From: Octopus vulgaris
Taxonomy: Eukaryota
Assembly: GCA_951406725.2 (NCBI GenBank)
Contig: OX597826.1
Coordinates: 47,306,001-47,370,000, forward strand
Direction of reading: 5' to 3'
DNA: 64,000 nt
In this document: positions 57,190 to 64,000 of the stretch, piece by piece
How positions within the stretch are numbered: the stretch's first letter is position 1
Layout: every line of letters starts with the position of its first letter
The notes under the pieces: generated by a model
Database searches by the model: none
Told to the model about the DNA's origin: nothing
What the model saw: the letters and a program-made list of their open reading frames with translations, nothing else
Made by a program: the position numbers and the translations under genes

Positions 57190-58245
57190 CTGGTTTTTTT
57201 ATGGCTGTGTATCCCCCAGAAGGGCGATTTTCGGCCAACCAAATAACTTCGGTAGGCGTTAAATATATTTGAATCAAAGACAACTCAACAAGATGGTGGA
57301 GCGCGTCTTGAAAGCGTTGAGAAAAAACATAACAAACCCTCCCACGAAAATGGTAATGGATGAAGACTTCCTTCCCCTTCCTCCATCACGGTCAAAAATA
57401 CACGGGAAGGGGAGGAGGGGAAAAACAAGACTGTCATGGTACATGCTACAACAATAGTAGCAGAAACACTAACAGCGGTAGAAAGGACAACAGCAGCAGC
57501 CGCAATAGTGACAGCAGCCGCAGCAGTAGTAGTTGTGATAGCAACAACAAACACGAAAAAGACTGCAACGGCAGTGGAATTAGCAACAACAACAACAGTG
57601 AGAGCAAAAGTGACAACAGCAACAACAACAAAGCCAACACCAACAACATCGATAAGAACAATGACAACAACAACGGCAGCAGCCGCAGCAGCAGCAGTAA
57701 CTACAACAAAACGACCACGAGAACAATAACAATAACAATAGTTTCGCAGCAGCAGCGAAGACCAAACTGCAGACCTCATAAACAGGGAACAGGTACCACC
57801 ACAGGCATCGAAATAAAACAAGAGATAATTGGGCAAATCTGACGCTCCCATCAGAGGCTATTGAAGCAGTGAAATGGTGCTTTTCAGATACATCTCAGCA
57901 GTCACGAAAAGTGCGGTTTTGATAGCCCAAGAACTGCCAAGGAGGGTTGGTCAGGGTTTGACCTGTAGATACTTCTCCAGATCAAACCTGAAGGCGTTAA
58001 AAAATCCCAGACCACATCCATCTCCAGGACGAGACAGTGATACATATCATGACTGAGGGCAAAAGGCCTAATTGTCTTAGGTGTAGAGAAATGACTAATT
58101 TGGCTGCTCGCTACCGCCTACGGCCTCAACTACTGGTTCGAGATAAACTCTATAGGCACGGAAGTGCTATCAGATGGACCTGCCCGAGATGTGCACAGAG
58201 CGACAAAACCGTTCTGTACGCACTTGTCCTGTGTCCTTGCATTAT
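57190..58245 (+). pseudogene. internally deleted L1/Tx1-like remnant (ORF1 with CAA/CAG-rich stretch and zinc knuckle joined to ORF2 C-terminus)
   Basis: EGKRPNCLRCRE then LVRDKLYRHG..TCPRCAQSDKTVLYALVLCP, homologous to 16413-16520. Confidence 0.7.
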
Positions 58246-59501
58246 TGACTTTCCTTCCCCCGAAATTGCTGGCCTTGTGTCAAAATTTGAAAGCATTATA
58301 ATTGTGCGGGTGATAATGATGCTGACATTATACACACACACAACTATTTTCATGATTTTCGTGTTGTATGGTTATATTAGAAGGGGGATTGTATCAAATG
58401 AAGTGAAATCAATGTAAAGCCTTTTGATTAATATACCATTAGTAATTAAAAATATGTTCTAATTAAAACATTTTTGTAAATGTAAATTTCAAAGGAAATG
58501 AGATACTATATTAATTTGCAAGGAATAAGCAAACATTTCCTAACATACATATTTCTACACATTCGTTTATATTGTATACATAACGTATATAAAGTATATA
58601 CACGCTCGCATTCATATATCAAATGCTTTAAATGTTTATATACACTCGCAATTGTTGAGCAATCACCAGGGGCGCATGTTTTAAAATAATCCTGAAAAAG
58701 TCAAATATATATGATTTTTAATTTTTAATTATTTTTTTAATCATTTCTGAATATGTTAAGTTATTAAACTAATTTTCAGCTGAAAATAGAAGATATTTGC
58801 TGAAATTAATTATGGAATAATTAGTAATTTGAATAATTAGAAACTTTCTCGTAATAAAAACATATATTATAAGCTTCTTTCCTTTGGATTCCTAGTACAA
58901 TTTTAAGTACATTGAAGCACATAAAAACACACACACTCATAAAACACACTCACACACACACACACTGACGCACTTATATACATATACGCGTGCGCGGACA
59001 TACACACGAACATACATTGATCCATAAATTAACACCAAGTTTCAGCCTAGGGCGATGCATTGGCAGAATCGTTAGAGCATCGTAAAGGACACATTAGAGT
59101 AATTGTTTCGGCTTGTGCTCTGAGTTCAAGTCCCGTTGAACTTTTCCCCTCGTTCCCAGTGATTGATTTCTTCGCTTTCCCCCGAGCAGCTGGATTATTT
59201 GTCGCAATTTTTAACCTTTCATCGTGTTTCCACTTGGAAGGTCTTTGTAAGGATTATTTTCGTTTCAGCGCTTGGTTCACTTATACACCCGTAATTTTAT
59301 GTTCTATTTTGTAAAATTATATGCTTTGAAATGAAATATCCTTCTCTCTCAACTATTTAGCGGCATTTCGTCCGCGTTTACGGTCTGAATTCAAATTCCA
59401 CCCTGTCCTATTTTGCCTATAGAATTAAGCCATCACTTGGTATAATTCCACATCTTTGCGCTTAGATGACTTTAATGTCATCACGTTGCCATCACGTCTA
59501 G

Positions 59502-59605
59502 GACAAGAGACCTCTATTGTTGAGTATGGCCTCAAAGCTGATCAGCCAACGTGTTACAAGGTCATGAACTGCGTCGGCCTTCACGTAGACTATAGCAAAG
59601 GTTTG
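59502..59605. repeat. left arm of a near-perfect inverted repeat (partner 63897-64000)
   Basis: 103/104 identity to the reverse complement of the window end. Confidence 0.95.
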
Positions 59606-59971
59606 CTGGCACTCGGGCCAGTTCCCTCGCTATCATAAGTTTTGGAGTCTCTGCAAAAGGTCTTACACTTTCCTGTTGACTAAGAGACACTTTCCTGTTG
59701 ACTAAGAGACAAAAAAAAGAAATCCTTTGTCGAAATGCATGCTTAGAAAACCTTCCATAGTCACCTGTCTGTTTATTCAAGAAGGAAAGTTTGTGTACAA
59801 CCATCTTCACAGAGCCCCTGAGACGAATGAGAAGAAAGGAAGGAGGGAGAGAAAAAGAGAGAGGGAGGATACGGTTCTCAAACTGAAAAGTAATATCAAA
59901 TAAGGACATGTGTAAATTAATGTAGGTGAAAGCCTTATTGAGGAATCATTAAAAAGTAATTAAAAATTGTA

Positions 59972-60175
59972 CGAGGGGTTGCTGAAAAGTTCCTGGTTTT
60001 AAGGGGTATCGCGAAAGGCCTGGCTGGAGGTCCAACTTTCGGAGTTATTTTACAGGGCTTAGTAAAACGGAAGCATGTGACTCTGAGAGGGGAATACGTT
60101 GAATAAAATTATAATTAACTGATCCTCTTGTATTTCATTTTATCCAAATCGAGGAACTTTTCAACACCCACCTTG
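59972..60175 (+). mobile_element. mariner MITE, same family as 46789-47005
   Basis: TA-cgaggggttgctgaaaagttcc ... ggaacttttcaacacccaccttg-TA; CVTLRGEYVE* remnant. Confidence 0.88.
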
Positions 60176-61067
60176 TATATATTTCATTTTTTTAGAGTTA
60201 TTTTAAAACATTCACCCATGGTGGTTGCTCAACAATGCGTGTGTGTATAAATATTTGAAGAATTTGATATGCGAATACGAACGTATATAAATATTATGTA
60301 TGTTATGAGTACAAGATTTTTTTAGCATGAGCAAATAGGAAATGGTTGCCTATTTCGAATATACGAATAAGAAGAGAATAGGTAAAAAAATAAAGTTTAA
60401 AAAAGAGAAGTGGATAGAAGAGTATATATAAAATATGAAATTAAAAAGAAATAGTGGAGAGGGAAGGATTTTTCATTTCAAAGCATCTAATTTTAGAAAA
60501 TAGAGCACAAATTACGGGTGTGTAAGTTAACCAAGCACTGAAAGGGAAATAATTCTCATAAAAACTTTCCAAGTGGAAACTCGAGGAAAGGTCAAAAATG
60601 GCGACAAATAGTCCGACTGCTCTGGGGGAAACCGAAGAAATTAAACGCTGGGGGCGAGGAGAAAACGTTTAACGGGATTTTGAATTAGGATGTAAATAAA
60701 AGATCCAAATTTAGATATTCCTGCTCAATTTAGTAATGTGTATCTTCCTATAGAACGTAGCTTGAAACAAGTTTACGTAATTCAAACCATGTTTTTAGAG
60801 CATTGTATATCGCAAGATATTATGTTATAGAATCAGTTCGGATTAAGATGTTTGATAATGCAAATGCACATATGACGAATTTGTCAATAATAACCAAGTG
60901 GACTCTTGAGTCATTGCATATGTTAGTAATATCGTTTCCTGAAATTGTTTACAGTCAATAGAATTATTCGTTTGTACCTTGCAAAGCAGTGCTCTTGAAA
61001 GACAATTTACCGTCTCACTGACATTGTTCGGAACAATGCACTGTCATGCGTGTGTGCGTGTTCGTGA

Positions 61068-61270
61068 AAAAGAAGTAATTTCTACTCTTCTCTTCTGGAA
61101 GCCATCTACTCGCAATACCAGAGGGCGCACACTCTCCTACCCTGATGTAATCTCTAGGGATACAGGCATCCAGCAACAGGACCTCCGTAATGCCATGATG
61201 GACCGTGAAGTCTGGCGTAGCATGGTAAATTCCATTGTCTCGACCACGGTCGAACAATGATGATGAATGA
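61068..61270 (+). pseudogene. RTE-clade LINE 3' end
   Basis: LLFWKPS..RGRTLSYPDVISRDTG..DLRNAMMDREVWRSMV; (TGA)n tail. Confidence 0.85.
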
Positions 61271-61347
61271 TGTTCGTGTGTGTGTGTGTGTGTGTGTGTG
61301 CGTGTGCGTGTGCGTGTACGTGTGCGTGTGCATGTGCGTGTGTGTGT

Positions 61348-61448
61348 GGGTGAAAACGAGGGTGTCTCGCGACGCGTGGTTCACGCTGTCTGAAGCGAGT
61401 TTCAGCAGCTTCACACTCGAGTCGCGAGACAAACTCTCGTTTTTACTC
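61348..61448 (+). other. ~100-nt GC-rich hairpin (candidate structured RNA or palindromic relic)
   Basis: 16-bp and 10-bp lower stems and an 11-bp upper stem, paired by hand. Confidence 0.55.
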
Positions 61449-61459
61449 TCAATACAAAT

Positions 61460-61676
61460 ATTGGCACAATGCAGGAATTTGGCACAATGCAGGAATTTTA
61501 GGGGAGAGTGAAAGTCGATTACATCGTTCCCAGTACTCAACTGGTATTTGTTTTATCGACCCAGAAAAAACGAAAGTCAAAGTCGATCTCACTAGAATTT
61601 GAACTCAGAACGTGAAGAACAATATGCCTCTAAGCACTTTGCCTGACTTGCTAACGATTCTGCCTGCTCGCTGCCT
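61460..61676 (-). mobile_element. SINE-A with duplicated tail segment
   Basis: ttggcacaatgcaggaat occurs twice; core and head present. Confidence 0.8.
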
Positions 61677-61739
61677 TTCTTCAAATAGTAATATTGAACA
61701 TTCCTCTTTCATTTCATCGACATAAACCAATGTATTTTT

Positions 61740-61770
<31 letters not shown>

Positions 61771-61953
61771 TACACACATATATATATATATTACATATAT
61801 ATATGTATATTACATACACAAATACATATGCACGCACACGCACACACACACATACACATTGCATCTGAATCTTCAGATTTTTCAATACGCAAGGCCACTA
61901 GTTTTAAATTGATATTAATCAAATTAATATTCAATTTTTCACCTTTATTTAAC

Positions 61954-61990
<37 letters not shown>

Positions 61991-62438
61991 GAGAGAGAGA
62001 GGGAGGATAGATAGATAGATATACTGATTTTACAGCATGTATGTTTAATTTTATACACAGAATCACACACACATGCACACAAACACACACATACGCACGT
62101 ACGCACGCACAAAACACGAAAATAGAATCACCTGTTGTAGATGCACAATCCTAAAGCCCAAAACTCATACCTGCGCATACTCACATATATACATAAAGGC
62201 ATACATGCATGTATGGCCGTATGTAAACGCAGCTACATGTATAAGTAGGTGTTGTGATGTTTTGCTGTTACACGACTTTGATAATTTGTCGTCGAATCGG
62301 GTTCGGCTTTTGCAGTTAAAAAAAAAAGCCCTATGAGGCCGAAACTTTATTTTCCTTTCAATTATTGCCATTACACTGGTGTCGGTGTTAAAGCTTTCAG
62401 AAGCAGTAACGACAGAGAAAGAGTTTTGTTCTTTGAAA

Positions 62439-62638
62439 GACAATAATAAGCGAACAACTGTGTGGTTACAGGTCAAACGAGTATTGTCGGTTTCCTCGAT
62501 AGCAAGACAATGGGCCTTTTTATGAAAACAAGCCTCACGTTTCAGCGAGACAATGTTGCTGACATTTGAAGCAAGGAGAAAGACGTTATTCTATCATCGT
62601 CCTATCTGAAGCGACAATAACAGCCAGGAATAGACAAT
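62439..62638. promoter_or_regulatory. candidate enhancer with a homotypic GACAAT (Sox/HMG-type) cluster
   Basis: Six GACAAT/ATTGTC sites in 200 bp of unique DNA. Confidence 0.4.
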
Positions 62639-63196
62639 GCTTCAGGCGAAATTAAATGTCAGCTTATTGAAAGTGATGGTATTTGATGGGAGAAGAAAGA
62701 AAAGAGAAAGGAATGAAGGAAGAATGAAAACAGAGGCTTACAAAAAAAAAGAAGGGAAAAATGGTAAAAGAACAAGAACAAGTACAAGAACAAGAAGAAT
62801 AGAAATGGCGTTGAAAAGTTGCTTGTAAAATAAAGTAGTAGCTGAAAACAGAGCCGATCAGGACTTGCGTTAGAATGTTTATTATATCCGTTAGTTTTAA
62901 TACTACACTGAACGAAATAAATATGGTGTAGCTAATTTATCTATATCGACGTAATTCTCCACTCCTCTTCACTCTCTATTCCTCCATCTCTCCTCCTCCA
63001 TCTCTCTTCATCTATCTCCCGCTTCTTGTGCGAGTGTGTAGCTATGCTCATATGCTATCTATTGTACGCTTTCTTGTGAAGTATCTACTCTTTGTCACTA
63101 GAGAATGCAGACAAAATTGGCTCTCAATCGAAGGGCTGTCTGACATCAGATACAACAGGGCATTGGCCCCAGAATTAATGGTTACATACCTACAGA

Positions 63197-63590
63197 GGTG
63201 CAGGCGTGGCTGTGTGGTAAGAAGCTTGGTTCCCAACGACATGGTTTGGTTTCAATCCCACTAAGTGGCATCTTGGGCAAGTGTCTTCGACTATTAGCTC
63301 GGGCTGACATGTGCGTTGTGAGTAGATTTGGTAGACAGAAACTTTAAAAAAACCTGTCGTATATATGCATATATGCATATATCTTTGTATGTGTGTGTGT
63401 GTGTGTGTTTCTTCCCCCATCACCGTTTGTCAACCGGTGTGGTTGCGTTTCCGTCCTTGTTTGAGGCCGTTAGAATAAGTACTAGGCTGGAGAAATAAGT
63501 CCTGGGGTCGATTTGTTCGATTAAAACCCTTCAAAGCGGTGCTCCAGCATGGCCGCAGTCAATTGACTGAAACAAAACAATAAGAAAATA
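63197..63590 (+). mobile_element. full-length SINE-C
   Basis: Matches 13294-13698. Confidence 0.88.
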
Positions 63591-63896
63591 AATGAATATG
63601 TGTGTGAGTGTGTGTGTGTGTGTGTGTGTGCGTGTGTGTTTGTGTGTGTGTGTGTACACACACAAAACTGCTCATTCACTCTCACTAACTAAAGGCTGAA
63701 TAACATCTAGGAACCGCAACAATAAATAGCAGGAAACCACGTCTTTTATCTCTTAAAATCTCGAAGATCTTGTGAAGGTCGTGACCATTGCCTGTATCCT
63801 TTTGTCTAGATTATAACAACAGCAACAACAACAACAAAAAAACGACTGTTCTACTTCAATATCCCATAGCTCACTGTAGAGTTACTCTTTCATAGA

Positions 63897-64000
63897 CAAA
63901 CCTTTGCTATAGTCTACGTGAAGGCCGACGCAGTTCATGACCTTGTAACACGTTGTCTGATCAGCTTTGAGGCCATACTCAACAATAGAGGTCTCTTGTC
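63897..64000. repeat. right arm of the inverted repeat, truncated by the window end
   Basis: Reverse complement of 59502-59605. Confidence 0.95.

Noticed and set aside
57360-57842. N/S/T-rich ORFs resembling a mucin or prion-like protein
   Set aside because: Degenerate CAA/CAG repeat inside an L1/Tx1-like remnant.
62328-62348. Hammerhead-like CCTATGAGGCCGAAAC; also CTGACGA at ~19899 and ~43173
   Set aside because: The CUGANGA or GAAA core is incomplete, and stems I-III cannot be built.

Overview
AT-rich, extremely microsatellite-dense eukaryotic DNA with no recognisable intact protein-coding gene. The SINE and LINE families and the compound (TA)n/(CA)n/(TACA)n/(TAA)n arrays look like an octopus (coleoid cephalopod) intergenic or intronic region; this is inferred from repeat recognition, not from a search. 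Nearly all ORFs in the track are translated simple repeats. The real coding remnants are all decayed retroelements: R4/Dong-like, L1/Tx1-like, CR1 and RTE LINEs, plus one Ty3/Gypsy pol fragment. There are also three tRNA-headed SINE groups (labelled A, B and C here), an unclassified (TAA)n-embedded element (D), and Tc1/mariner and hAT MITEs. The signals these repeats do not explain are: a 103/104-bp inverted repeat running off the right edge (59502-59605 vs 63897-64000), a ~100-nt GC-rich hairpin with G-U-biased stems (61348-61448), six GACAAT (Sox-type) sites in 200 bp (62439-62638), a YY1/ETS composite motif with candidate minus-strand exons, and SINE-A multimers that share one junction. No novel multi-gene system can be supported from sequence alone. 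Boundaries of decayed repeats are approximate.
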